Positions 1 through 14,372 of a stretch of 64,000 bases of DNA are shown in pieces. The notes under the pieces are model-generated. The model worked only from the letters and a program-made list of their open reading frames with translations. It searched no databases and was not told where the DNA came from. The DNA lies in the NCBI RefSeq assembly GCF_009914755.1, contig NC_060935.1. One strand, given 5' to 3'. The translations under genes were made by a program, and so were the position numbers. Source of the stretch: the human T2T-CHM13v2.0 reference genome, Homo sapiens. Positions within the stretch are counted from its first letter, which is position 1, and each line of letters opens with the position of its first letter.

Positions 1-700
1 TGTTGTGAATATAACAAAGGCATGTTGCTCCCCCCAAAACTGGCCTACAGAGAAGAGGGAAAAAAATTAATCCAGAATCCCACGGCCCCAACACACCCGC
101 TGTTTGCATTCCTGTTAGGAACCGAGTGTGGCTTTCATTTGCTTGGCTGGCTTGCAGGATGGCTGGGTGGGGAGGGGGCTCCTGCCGGCTGCGACTTATG
201 CTTCACACGTGCACGGGCCATATGGCAACACCAGTGTGCATGTGCAGGGGAGGGGCCGCTGCCTTGACCCCGGGCTTTCCATTGGGTGCCTCTGTTTTCA
301 AATCATCTTTGGTCCGAATCCTATCATCTCCTCTCTTAGGGACAGGTGGATGTAGATGGGGAAGCTGGAACTCAAACTACCCCCTTTGCTTATGTTGTGT
401 TGTAATCCGCGCAGCGGAGCAAAGCTCCCCAGAGTTGGCAGCCCCTGAAATTCAGGGCAGGTCTGACATTTGCTCTCCACTCTGCCCTGCACTCTTCTTT
501 CTTAAGGCCCCCTAGCCCTCCGCTGCCTCAAAGGGATCAGCGCTCACTGCATCTTTCTTCACGAATCTAATTGTAAAGGATCAGGCACCTACCAGGATGC
601 AGTTATACTTTGCTGCTGCTTCGTATTCTTCATTTTTGGGGTAACAGTTTTGTTAACCTTTGCTTTCGCACACCCAGGTGTCGGATGAGGTCTTTTGGCC
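1..700. promoter_or_regulatory. Unique segment with several retained CpGs; possible CpG-island shore or promoter-proximal region
   Basis: Visibly more CpG (ccgcgcagcgg, cccggctgcga, cacgtg E-box) than the downstream non-Alu DNA; no repeat recognised; CpG o/e not computed. Confidence 0.3.
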
Positions 701-870
701 CCTTAAGACCTACTTAGATTGGCTCCAGCCCTCCTGTTGCCTGCTGCTGGAGGTGTAATGTTCACGATTCCTGTAAATTCCTCAGGCACTTATGTTCTAG
801 TTTCTGTCTTTGAGCTCTTGCTTCACTGAACTAGCTCAAGGTAGGGACTCTTTGTTCCTGTTCTTCATAG

Positions 871-1171
<301 letters not shown>

Positions 1172-1175
1172 AGTC

Positions 1176-1482
<307 letters not shown>

Positions 1483-2295
1483 TAATCCTTTTAATTCCTT
1501 CAAACCACCCACCTGAACTCACCATTCACAAGTACAGAGAAGACTCTAATGAGGGTTGGGGAATCCTAAGGGTTTGCCTTGCAGTGAAGCAGATGGCTTT
1601 ACAAGGGAAACCCTGCCTCCTTGTTCTGAAAAGTTCCTGGCCAATTCTAAAAACTTTAAATCCCCCAGCCTTCTGCGCCCGTCTATCCATTTTCTCTCTT
1701 CCCTTTCATCCTCAACCCCCACATTCCTCATGAGTTCTCACTCAGAGTTCTTGAGCTTTCTTTAGTCAACTTCCTACTGGGAATGACCCGTTCCTGCAGG
1801 GTCTCACCTTCCAAGCCCAAGAAGCTCATCAAGTTGTTTTTTTTTCCCACCTTGTAAACAAGACAGTTTCCTTCTCAAGGGGTGTTAAGATAATAAAAAT
1901 TTTACCTTGTTGTTTAATTATCCGCTTTCTGGAGGAAAAAACCTCAATCAATTCTACTCTTCTGAAATAAGGAACAAATATTGTGTACAAAACAGAAAGA
2001 TTGGAAAATGTCTTTTGTAGTACCTTCTTTTCTAAAACATGTAAAACTGAGCTAATACATTCTGGAGCTAGGCAGGTAGCTAACTGGTGCTCTGGGCATC
2101 AGTCGGGAATAGAGAACTAAATTCTGAGTTGGGAGTGTTGCTGGGCAGGGGACTTCGTCACATAGCATCTGCGTGATCTTGGTTTTGGGCCTATCATGTG
2201 GTGTTTCCCCATCAGCAAAATTGGATTCAGTGATATCTAATATCTAATATCTTCCAAGTCTAATATTTTATATGGCGCTCTCCATAAGTTAGAGA

Positions 2296-2312
2296 TATAT
2301 ATATACATACTC

Positions 2313-2344
<32 letters not shown>

Positions 2345-2362
2345 CACATGTATATATGTATA
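2296..2362. repeat. (TA)n / TA-rich microsatellite
   Basis: Direct reading. Confidence 0.9.
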
Positions 2363-2542
2363 CAGAAATTTTAGATCTTCCCAAACCTTTAGGAAAGCTT
2401 CCTACACACAGATGCCTCATGTGAGCAAGTTTTTTTGGCACCTCTCTGTCCCAGTCCCACATGTCCAAAGTGATATAGACTTTCCTTGGTTAGGGAGTTG
2501 GTTGTCTCATTTCTGACATCATCTTTAAGATTAAGTGTTCTA

Positions 2543-2814
<272 letters not shown>

Positions 2815-4044
2815 TTAAACTGCACTTGAAAAAAAGTCAGCAACTGCTTGTGTGGGGAAATATTCCTCCTTCAGAACAACACAATAGTCAGAGGTTAGAA
2901 ACGGTGTGAATGATGCTAGAGGGAGGGGGGACAGGTATCATAGCATCTGTGTGCATTTGTTTTTTTTCTTTTTTTGGAAGCGTTTACAAAGTCTTTGGAA
3001 AAAGTCTCAAAACTGGGCCTTGGTCCCTAAAACCAAATACTGTCAACACTGACACTGTGAAACCCCAGTGTTTTTGAGGTCCTAGTATACAAAAGTACTG
3101 GATTTGATGGCTTCACAAAATTCTTCATCAGATCTTAGAAGGGTGATGGTTCATAACTTACTGTTCTCTAAAGGACCTTTTCTAGAAAACAATAACAGAT
3201 GACATTTGCTATCCTGAATATTTCTGAGTTCTTGTTTTTCTTGCTGGTTTTTATAAAGAACAAAGGAGGTAGCGTTTCTTCCAAGATATTTCCCTCCTCC
3301 TTTGTGCTTCAGTGACATTTTTGCTAATCTACTAATTTCATTAAGGGTAGGCTTTAATGTCACACACTGTGGATTGTGACTTTCCCCAGAATCAAGTAAG
3401 AAGGTGACAGGAAATCAGTGAAGATCAGTTGCTAAATCAAGGTCATTCTGCTTACTTTTTCCTTTCTCTTCTCACTCATTTATTCTTTTTCTTTGGAAAA
3501 CACCCTTTTGAATGACTTCATTTGATCATTATCATCCATCCCCTTTCTCAATTTAAAATGAAAACCCTACAGCTTGCTTTTCTTATGTGTTCTCACCTCT
3601 TTTTTTTTTTTTTTTTTCCTGCCTGTACTTTTATTTCCATGATGGTTTTCTCTAGGTCCTCAGGGCATTTTGAGATGAGATTTGGAAGGAAAACTCAATA
3701 CAATATAAAGTTACCTTATACCCATCTCAGAGTGGGACAAATACTTAAAACAGTCAGAAAAATCCACAAGGGAGTCTGGGCTAGTGGGGGCCACAAAGAA
3801 CATCTTGTTTTTTTTCTGACGTTTCTCTGTGTCTGTTATCACTGCCTTACTTTCTTTTATTTTTCTTTGTTCATGGCTGTCTGCTGTATTTTTTTTTCTT
3901 TTTACAAACATGCAGAATGTTAGATTTGGAGTGTGGACCATGGGAATCACTGAGACCAAACCCTTCAATTTTTGGAGAAGAAAAGCAAGTGGGCTAGAGA
4001 AGTTACCATTAAAGAGGCAGTAGACTGTAACAGAGAGATCTATC

Positions 4045-4260
4045 ACAGGCTTTGGAATTGCAAAAGGGTGGGTGCAAATCCTAGCTCAGTCACCTGTTAG
4101 CCAGGTGCTCCTGGGCAACTCTCTTAACTGCATTGTTAGTGTAGACCGCATTTGTAAGTGGGAATGGTAATGCATTCCTCCTGGAGCTGTTGTGAGGGTT
4201 AAATGAGATAATGGATGTCGTGTTCCTCTTGTGTCTAGGCAGCGCCTAGAAAACCACTAA
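4045..4260 (+). mobile_element. MIR
   Basis: caaatcctagctc...ctgggcaactctcttaac...gttgtgagggttaaatgagataatg core. Confidence 0.65.
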
Positions 4261-4529
4261 AAAAGAGGTAGCTGTTGCCACAAGCTAGTTAGAAGTAGTA
4301 CCTAGATTAGTTCTTATAACACATTTCTTACTCCAGCAGACATTACTAACCATCTTGGTTCTGAACCACCTGCCTCAGTCCATCTCATACTTTGCTTTCC
4401 AACATTTTCAGTCTTCATGGCTTTTAACCTTGTGGCTTTTTCCTTATGACCTCATCTCACCCACTGGAAGTAAAACTGCACTTTATATTCTACTGGATTC
4501 CCTGTAGACCCATGCATGGAACACGGATG

Positions 4530-4860
4530 GGCATAGTGGGTGGGTAGCATTTGACTTTGTCCTTGAAATAGATGTAGGATTTGGATCTATGGAGAAGGGA
4601 GAATGGAATTCTGGGAAGAGGGAACAGCATGAGCAAAACTAAAAGAAGGGATTTGCAAGATGTGTTTGGGGAACGGTGAATTGTTTGGAGAGAGCTAAGG
4701 CATTTGGAAGCCAGGAGGAAGACAGTTTCAAGAAGGCAGGACCAGCCTGCTCTGGGAAATACTGCAAAGAGGTACAAGTGAGTAATGAGGAAAAGTGACT
4801 GGATTTGGCCACACAAGGACCAGTTTAGGGGAGTGGGCTTTGGAAGGACCAGTTTAGGGG
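4530..4860 (-). mobile_element. L2 fragment
   Basis: ccttgaa...gtaggattt...gggaagagggaacagcatgagcaaa, typical of antisense L2. Confidence 0.5.
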
Positions 4861-5124
4861 AGTGGAGCAGGCACACACTGGGTTGTAAGGGCTTCCCAGT
4901 GGAGTGAGTGATAGGGAAGTGCAGTCTGCTAGTCTAGACCAGGTGTTCCCAAATGCTGGTCCACAGGTTGTTTATCCTACTTTGCCAGAGGTGAAACGAG
5001 GAACACAAAGCTAGTATAGGGTGTTTTTCATAAGCCGAATTTTATTTATTTATAATGACCACCCTCTAATCTGAGATGATAGCCTTACTTTATTGGTTTT
5101 GAAATATCTCTTTTATGAAGTGAT

Positions 5125-5300
5125 TGTTGTTCTCAATCCTGGCTGCACATGAGACCCACTTGGAGCACTTTTAGAAATCATGGCATCCTGACTCCACCTG
5201 AGACAACTGAAGCTGATCCCTGGGGCAGCCTGCTCCTGCTGCAGGTCCAGAACTCCACAGGTGATTGTCATGCATCCAGATTGCATACCTCTCGGCTAGT
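5125..5300. mobile_element. MER5-type hAT-Charlie fragment
   Basis: gttctcaatcctggctgcacat...ctccacaggtgattgtcatgca. Confidence 0.55.
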
Positions 5301-6644
5301 GGATGTTAGGGTTTTTGAGGCGGTGGTGGTTATTTTAATTTCTAAAATGACCTTGCTTGGCAAAATTAAAAGTTGGAAACTCTTGGGTCATTGCCCAACC
5401 TTATTTGTTTGTTTGTTTTGTTCAGCTTTTCGTTTTTGTTTTGCTGATTTGTGAAATTCAAATGGCAGGGACCCAGCTGTAGGTAGCTTTTTAAATGACG
5501 GAGGCAAGTTTGATGTAGTCTTTCTTTGAAAGAGGGTTAGCTCTCCTAGTGCTTTCCAGCTATCGTGGAGTGTATTTACAGTTTGAGGAACATTGTGTTT
5601 GTATGAAGTAAGGCTTAGCTGTGTTGTCAGGCACAGTTCTTATTTCAAGTATCACTGAGAATTATTAAGAGACCAAGTTGGAGACTCAGGTTCGATGGAT
5701 GTAAAGCACACAGGACATCCTCCATGTGAGTCTTCTCTTGCCTCCCTTGTGGAGGGCTCTTCTTGTGGTTCAGCAGTGCTTTCCATTCTAGCCGCTCACA
5801 GGATGTCTTGTACTTTCTGACCTTGAAGGTGAAACATCTTTCTACTGACAATTGCAGGTCTGAAATGTAGCGTCGGATCAGTGAAACATTCTCATTTCTG
5901 TTTTGTGGTGCTTCTAGTTATTTTAGTGTTTAAAGGTCAGAGTAGGAAGCATCTTAAATGCAAAGCATTTAATTTCCATTAGAGTTAAAGGATTCTGAGT
6001 CTGTGTTATAGTCAATAAAAACGGTGATGCTTAAATCAGCTAATGCTCTATTTCTTACATGAATATTTTATATGAACTACAAAGGAAGAAAAATCTATAT
6101 GTTTATCCAACATTATGTCCAGTGGCTATTGGAAACTTGTCTTCTTGGGTATTATATGAATGACTCCTGTTGTATCTATTCAAGTTGTAAAATAATTACA
6201 TGTATTGTTCTTGGGAGCTGTTTTGCAGACTTAAGTTTATGGCTAAATCTTGCTAATAGAGGCATTCCCTGAATTACTAACACCCTTACAGACTTGCTAT
6301 AAATAAGACTGTGTGGGCTGGAGTATGCTACCATGAGGCAAGAAATGGTGTTTCTGGGTGCTGCTCTGGAACTAGTATTGAGGTACACAGTGATAGCATA
6401 GTAGAGTCTCTTAGCTAATGTACCACTGCTTAACCAGCTGGCTGCATTAATTAGTGCTGGTCATTTGCTCTATGACTGATGGCAGGCTGATCACCCATGA
6501 TTAGAAAACGGATAGCTTCTCCCACTGGGTGAGGATCAGTTGTGTTTATTCCTAAATGTGCTGGTGTCTGTTTGACTTGTTATTGTGATTTCTTAATCTG
6601 TTGAAGTATTATGTAAACGGATTAAATATTAGTACAGACATTTA

Positions 6645-6810
6645 CGCATCATAATCTATGGGATAGATGCTATTTTTCTCTTCTTTTTAGAAACAAGGAA
6701 ACTGAGATATAGAGAGGTTAAATAACTTGCCTGAGCTAGTAAGTGGCAGTGACAGGGTTTGGACCCAGGAAGTCTGATTCCAGCTATAGTCCTAATGAAT
6801 ATACTGCACT
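6645..6810 (-). mobile_element. MIR
   Basis: aggaaactgagatatagagaggttaaataacttgcc...agtaagtggcag...ggacccagg. Confidence 0.75.
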
Positions 6811-7124
6811 TTCAGGGTAATAAATACATGATCTTGGTGGATTTGAAGCTTTTTGAAGAGGGAATATGAATAAAATTTTCCAAAGCCAGGTCTGGGGAAC
6901 ATGAATCCCATGAGATCCTGTACTTAAAAGCATTTTACTTTCAGATGTTTTAGGGAAATGCTGCATCAGATACCTGCTTCCTGAGATAAACCATTCACCC
7001 TCATTTTCTAAAGTTTGAGAAGTTGGGCAGCACAGAAACTAGCTTTGCTTTGTTTACCCTAGAACTTCCCAAACTTATTTGAACACAGATTTTTTTTTTT
7101 TTTTAAATCAAGAATACCTCTTAA

Positions 7125-7287
7125 GGCTGGGCGTGGTGGCATGTACCTACAATCCCAGCTACTTAGGAGGCCAAGGTGTGAGGATTGTTTGAGCCAGGAG
7201 TTCAAAGCTGCAGTGAGCTGTGATCATGCCACTGCGCGCCAGCTGGGGAGACAGAGTGAGACCCTGTCTTTAAAAAAAAAAAAAAAA
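7125..7287 (+). mobile_element. Free right Alu monomer (FRAM-like)
   Basis: Single right-arm monomer with A tail; TSD-like aagaatacctcttaa / aagcaatacgtcttaa. Confidence 0.8.
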
Positions 7288-8149
7288 GCAATACGTCTTA
7301 ACATTCTTCAGAGTGAGTGGCCTATGAAGCATGGTTTTTGTTGGGTTTAGAGTAATTAACTCAAGATGTGTCCCCCTTAACAATCCTAAGTTAGGATTGT
7401 TATGCTACCACGATATCTCAATGTTTAAAACTTATGTTGACTTTGGTCTGTTTTATTTTTAATTATAGTACAGTCTATGTAATTAATTATCTCTACTTAT
7501 TTTTTGGATAAATTATTATTTGTTCTTATGAACAGAAAAGACATTGTTTTAGGCATGGAGGAACAAAGAAAGTGACAATTATAATGAAAATCTTAACATG
7601 TTAAGAGGTCTGCATGAACTGCTGAAGTGGACTTCTATAGCACACCGAGGTCCAGTGCTGCATCCGTCTCTGCATACCTGTCCTTTTAGACTGTCTTATG
7701 GAGGGTGAGAACACCTGAATCTGTCTAGGGTCTCTGGTGAAGGTGTTCACATTCAGAAAAAGAAGATTAGAGCAGGGATCTGACAAAGGATTTGTGTCTG
7801 AGGATGTGTAAGAATTGGAATCTCCAGGACCTAGATGTTTATGGAAACACAGAATACATTTCTTGGAAGTCTCCTGGGAAACTCTGAGATAGCCATTGTC
7901 AAAGCATCTGTGACATCATTTCTTCATTCAGTAAACCTGCTGCCTAGTATTTTTATTAACTGCTACTTCTAATTAGTACACAAGCCTAGAAGTCTATTAA
8001 AATTATAGTTTGTAGTTATGAAGATCATTATAAATCAGTCCTGCAACATCCCTAAGTGCCTTCAGAATCATACGAAAATTAAGCTATGTGCAGTATGGAT
8101 CTAGCACGAAGTATATAATATCGTAATTTATGAAGTGAATATTCCATGG

Positions 8150-8900
8150 ATGATTAGATAATCTTATAAAAGGACTTTTAAAGATGTGATGCATAGTATC
8201 TATTACCAGCTTGTAATACAGTTCACTTAACCTTCTTTCTAGTGATGGATTTATAGGTGACTTCTGTTTTCCCCTGCCATAAACATGTGATGGATGTCTT
8301 TCATATAAATCATTGGTTACATCTTTGATTATTTCTTCGAATAAATTCCTGGAATAGAGGTACTGGATCAAACGGAGTGCACATTTTTAAGGCGATTGGC
8401 ACACTTTATCAAATTATCTTCCGTTAAGTATATATGGGCAATGTAGCAGGGAACATATTCCTTCACACCCTTGCAATGTTGGGTATTGGTATTAAAAAGC
8501 AAAACAACAACAAGCGACCTTTCCCAATTTGGTAGTTGAAAAGGGTATTGTATTATTGTTTTAATGTACATTACTTTGATTACTAGTGGAGAGGTAATCG
8601 AATAAATAATGTGTTTTTATCATGTGTTTATTAGCTATTTGTGAGGAGAGAGAGTGTGTGAGTGAGTGTGTGTGAGAGAGAGAGAGACCTATTCATGTCC
8701 TTTCCCCATTTTCCTGTTAATATACTATATCGTTTTGATGTCAGGACCTCTTTATAGAGCCATAATACTGTCTTTATCATATGTTGCAGATATTTTTTCC
8801 CTGTGAAAAGGCAATTTGTCATTTGCGTTTTAATTTTTATAGTGTTTTTGGATGTCTGACATTTAATGTTGCCAAATCAATGACTCTTCCTTGGTGATTT
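8150..8900 (-). mobile_element. Old L1M (L1ME-like) 3' fragment with internal (GA)/(GT) microsatellite
   Basis: ataaattcctggaatagaggtactggatcaaa; cctattcatgtcctttccccattttcc; tgttgcagatattttttccc. Confidence 0.6.
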
Positions 8901-9633
8901 CTTTCCTCTGTGCATTATTGGTAAAACTGGTGAAATACTAGATAAGCCAAGTCTACCTTTCCCTGCTTCTTGCTCCAGTTCAGAAAGAGAAGTGAAGTTG
9001 TGTTTGGCTAGTTCAGGGCGTTAGACATTTCATATTCAATCATTCATTACTTTATTCATTCCAAATATTGATCTAGTGCCCACCATGTTTTGGGCACGGT
9101 ATTTGACAGTGGATTGCATAAGGTGCAACTGAGTTTCATGAATATGGTGCCTATATGTTATGGATTTTCAGAGTCCTTAATATTCCATCCCATTGTCAGT
9201 CTTAGGGATCAGGCTACCAGTTCTGAATTTGGCTTCAGAATGTGTCGCTGTACTGTCCCTGGGGAACATGCTCATTGGGGATCCTGCCTCTACTTGGACC
9301 AGCAAACAAATGTGTCACCCAGGCCTGAAGTTGAAAGTGGGGGCCAAGGTCCTGTTGCAGTGGAAGGCGTGAACTCAAACACTGCTCCTTCTGGTTCTGA
9401 GAGGAAGCAGCATCTGTTTAGGATACCCGAGTGGAACAGCCAAGCCTGTGTCCTCTTCTTGGTCTGTACTGCGCAGGTGGATACGGTCATTTTACCTTCC
9501 TAAGTAAGCTACATGGCAAGTCAGAGCCCAAGATGGGACCCTTATATCCTTGAGCTTTTTTCCTTTATATTGTTGCCATGAGAGAGAGCCAAAATGAAGA
9601 AGCCAGCAAACACTGATGACTTATCAGCATTTA

Positions 9634-9770
9634 TTTTTATTTATTTATTTTTTTGAGACGGAGTTTCACTCTTGTTGCCTAGGTTGGAGTGCAGTGGTGT
9701 GATCTCGGCTCACTGGAGTGCAGTGGCGTGATCTCGGTTCACTGCAACCTCTGCCTCCTGGATTCAAGCG
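9634..9770 (-). mobile_element. AluSp/Sq-like 3' fragment with internal 29-bp tandem duplication
   Basis: gagtttcactcttgttgcc; TSD gacttatcagcattta (9618-9633) / gacttatcagtattta (9771-9786). Confidence 0.88.
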
Positions 9771-9795
9771 GACTTATCAGTATTTAAAAGACCAG

Positions 9796-9902
9796 GGATG
9801 TCAAGGCTGCAGTGGGATGTAATCACACCACTGCACTGCAGGCTGGGTGACAGAATGAGACCCTGTCATAAACTAATCAACCAACCAACCAACCAATAAA
9901 AA
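9796..9902 (+). mobile_element. AluJ-like 3' fragment with (CCAA)n tail
   Basis: gtcaaggctgcagtg...ccactgcactgcaggctgggtgacagaatgagaccctgtc. Confidence 0.8.
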
Positions 9903-10241
9903 GGCTCTTTTCAAACAGCAGGCAGCCCCAGACACCATAGGGGGAGGACTGTCCTGAGGCAGGTGACCACCCCTGAGTTACGCGTCCTGAAAACCCTCCA
10001 TGTGATGTGTCACCGCCTTCTTGGGCCACAGGACTCCTGAAGATAACGCTCATTGGTAACTGTTAGAGTTCCATATGGGAGTATTTATTGTTCCTTGGAT
10101 TTGGTTTCAGACCTTCCTCAGGGCCAAGAAATGAATTTTTAATTATTACACTGTTGTAATTGGTCAGCTGTTCCATTCCCGAACAGCTCTTCTTTGAGAT
10201 TCTGTAGATTTTGTAGTTTTCTTCCCTAGTAAATCTTTATG

Positions 10242-10546
10242 TAGTCGGCTCTTCATATCTGCAGATCCAACCAACTTGCAGCTCAAAAATGTTTGAAAAA
10301 AAAAACCAACACAACAATAAAAATAATGCAAATTAGAAAACAATACAGGATAACAGCTATTTACATAGCATTTACATTTCATTAGGTATTATAAATAATG
10401 TAGATATGATTTAAACCATATGGGAGGATGTGTGTAGGTTATATGCAAATACTACACCATTTTATATAAGGGACTTGAGCATCTGTGGACTTCGGTATCC
10501 TTAGGGGCCCTGGAACCAATTCTCTTTGGATTGTAAGGGACATCCG
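10242..10546 (-). mobile_element. MER2 (TcMar-Tigger MITE)
   Basis: tagtcggc start; aactatttacatagcattt-type core; ctggaaccaat...gggacatccg end. Confidence 0.8.
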
Positions 10547-10824
10547 TGATTCAAAACAAACAAGGGATGGTTATTTAGTAATAGTCACTTTATGGAGAAT
10601 GAAATTAAAGCCAACTAACTCTTACCAGCACATGCCTATGGCTGGTAGGACTCCGTGATTTTCAGTATATTTTGGTTTTACCTTCAGCTGGATGCCAGCT
10701 GGATTATGAGGCAATATAAATTCAGAGCCTTCTATTCAGAAAACTCATTCATCTGCTCATCCTGCACACACCTGTAATTTTATCAGGTGACATTAGAGGG
10801 GTCACAGACTCAAAGAGAATGCTC

Positions 10825-11040
10825 TGTAACTTGCTCCTCAAGAGAACTTTCTGCATTTGATGGAAATGTTCTATCTGTGTTGTCCAATACAGAAGCCACC
10901 AGCCACATGTGGCTATTCAGCTCTTGAAATGTGGTTAATGCAACTGAGAAATTAAATTTTAAATTTTGTTCAATCTTTATTAATTTAAATTTAAATAGCC
11001 ATATGTGGCTGGCACATACAACATCGGACAATACAGATCT
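10825..11040. mobile_element. MER3 (hAT-Charlie)
   Basis: gatggaaatgttctatctgtgttgtccaatacagaagccaccagccacatgtggctatt. Confidence 0.8.
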
Positions 11041-11054
11041 GTAAAGTACTACAT

Positions 11055-11332
11055 TCACGTTTTTCAAACTTTCTGATCGTAGTTCAGTAAAAGAAGCAGA
11101 TTTTATGTGGCACTGCCGCACAGGCACACAGCATGCGCATGACACCCCCCACCCTGCCTCCCACCCAGTATCATCCAAGTTTCACCAAATAGTACTTAGC
11201 CTCACTGTAGGCGCTGCACACTGGTATTTTCTGTTTTATTCTGTTCTATTTCATTTTAAAGGTGCTGGTTATCACCTACTAAATTGATTTCATGACTCAC
11301 GAGTGGGTTATGATCCCCAGCTTGAAGAATAA
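11055..11332. mobile_element. hAT-Charlie-type MER fragment (subfamily not assigned)
   Basis: tttttcaaactt start; ctaaattgatttcatgactcac...cccagcttgaagaa end. Confidence 0.4.
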
Positions 11333-11339
11333 TTGCCTT

Positions 11340-12095
11340 GCATGACCTGCCCCCGACTTTCAGCCATGTCTTTTATTCCATCCACTGTCTCTGCATCTGG
11401 CCTCCTTGCAGGGGCTTTGCCATTGCTGTTACCTCTGCCTGGTGATGCTTTTCCCTCCAACATCTCATGGCTGCATTTCTCACATCCTCGGGTTTCTGCT
11501 CAAATGTTCACTAGAGATTTCCTCTGTAACCATCCTACTCTAGGGAGCTCCCCATCCCTCTTTTCCTGCTTTGATTTTCTTTTCCTTCCTTCCTTCTGTC
11601 CTTCTGTCGTTTTGTTTTTTGTTTCTTTTCTACACAGTTTCAGTCTGTCGCCCAGGCTGGAGTGCAGTGACACAATCTCAGCTCACTGCAACCTTCGCCT
11701 CTTGGGTTCCAGCGATTCTTGTGCCTCAGCCTCCTGAGTAGCTGGTATTACAGGTGCCCACCACCACGCCCAGCTAATTTTTTATATTTTTAGTAGAGAC
11801 AGGGTTTTGCCATGTTGGCCAGGCTAGTCTCAAACTCCTGACCTCAAGTGATCCGTCCACCTCAGCCTCCCAAAGTGCTGGGATTACAGGCGTGAGCCAC
11901 CACACCTGGTTCCTATCCCTCTTTTTCTGCTTTGGTTTTCTTTATAACAATATTCGCTATAGGTCATATATATTGTGTTTATTGTTTGCTTTCTCAACTA
12001 GAATATCAGACCAATGAGGGCAGGGTCTTAATTTTGTTGGCTGGTATGACCTGGCACCTAGAATAGGCTTTCATAAATATTAGTTGAATAAATGA
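11340..12095 (+). mobile_element. L2 3' end, interrupted by an Alu
   Basis: gggctttgc...cctctgcctgg; tgagggcaggg; ataaatattagttgaataaatgaa terminus. Confidence 0.7.
11583..11910 (-). mobile_element. AluS (Sx/Sz-like) with long target duplication
   Basis: Full Alu body; 32-bp flanking duplication 11551-11582 / 11912-11943. Confidence 0.92.
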
Positions 12096-12717
12096 ACAGA
12101 CACCGCCTGATGTCTTTACACAGATTAATTACTCACTGTGGTTCATATGCTGAGAGGCCTGTGGAATCTTTCACTTGTTTCTCTGGAGACATTGAATTAA
12201 TACCAGAGGCCTGGCATGGGGTCTGGGCACTAGGAGGTAGGTATGCTAGAGGAGATGGCAGACAAGGCCCTGTCCTCTTGGAAAGTTTAATCGCCTTTGG
12301 GGCTCTGCTGTGTCTGGGTCTGTGTGAAGCAGGTTCACTGCACACTGGTCACCACTGAGTCTGAATCCAGTGAGATAGAACACCCCAACGTAACAACCTC
12401 GCCTCGTAACAAACAAGTTTCATGAGTTGGATTTATTCCTTACATATAGGCAGCGAGGGACCACAGGAGCCTAGGATTCATTGCAAACCATTCTTCTGTA
12501 GTTCAGGAAAGTTACCTGGGGTGGATGGAGGCTTGTTTGTGTATAACCCACTTGGATGGCAGCTGAGGGACCCCAGAAAGCAGCCTGACCAAGATTTTAT
12601 ATCCTAGTGCAATGTGCCTTGCTGGGCTAAAGCATTGAAGGACATCCTGTTTCTAGGGGGAGCTGGAAAAGAGCCTGGGCTGTTCTGGCCCTTTATGTCA
12701 GTATGTTGCATTCCTAG

Positions 12718-13050
<333 letters not shown>

Positions 13051-13341
13051 TAGAAATAAAATGGCTAACCAAAAAAATGATTTTCTCTTTGGTGTTGAGT
13101 GGCAAGCTTTATGAGAATTGAGTAATGAGCCTGGTGGATAGCTCTCTAATTATAATGATACCTTGACATTTTTATCAGCCAATCTTTATACTTGATGGTT
13201 TCTGCTTACACTATGGATATGTTGGTGGTTCTTGGATCCATTTTGTAGGCACAATGTATTTCTATTCTTGGCCTGTTTTCCCTCGTCTTTTCCTTATAGT
13301 CAGATTTATTACTCTTTGGGATTTCCCCCCGTCCTTCATCA

Positions 13342-13686
<345 letters not shown>

Positions 13687-13689
13687 TGT

Positions 13690-13711
13690 TATACATACAT
13701 ACATACATACA

Positions 13712-13747
<36 letters not shown>

Positions 13748-13750
13748 TAT
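13690..13750. repeat. (TACA)n microsatellite at Alu tail
   Basis: Direct reading. Confidence 0.92.
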
Positions 13751-14057
13751 GAATAGCTTTATTTTTTTCAGCAGGAAGTGTTCAAAGAGACCGTATTATA
13801 ATATTAGGCTTCCTTGTAATAAACAGTGGCACTGGCCTAATAAGTCCAGAACATCTGAGCCATCTCTTTAGATTATATTGTACACTGGAGCTTTTAGCTG
13901 CATAAATTTTACAGTATATCATCTGACACTATTTGTGGTAAATATCCCCTAGTGATTAACTCATCATTTTATGATCTTGTGCACAGAAGGAGCATTGGCA
14001 AAGCTACTTCCCACACATCGAACTGAAATGTTAAGAATCTTGGTTTGTATCTCAAAG

Positions 14058-14372
<315 letters not shown>

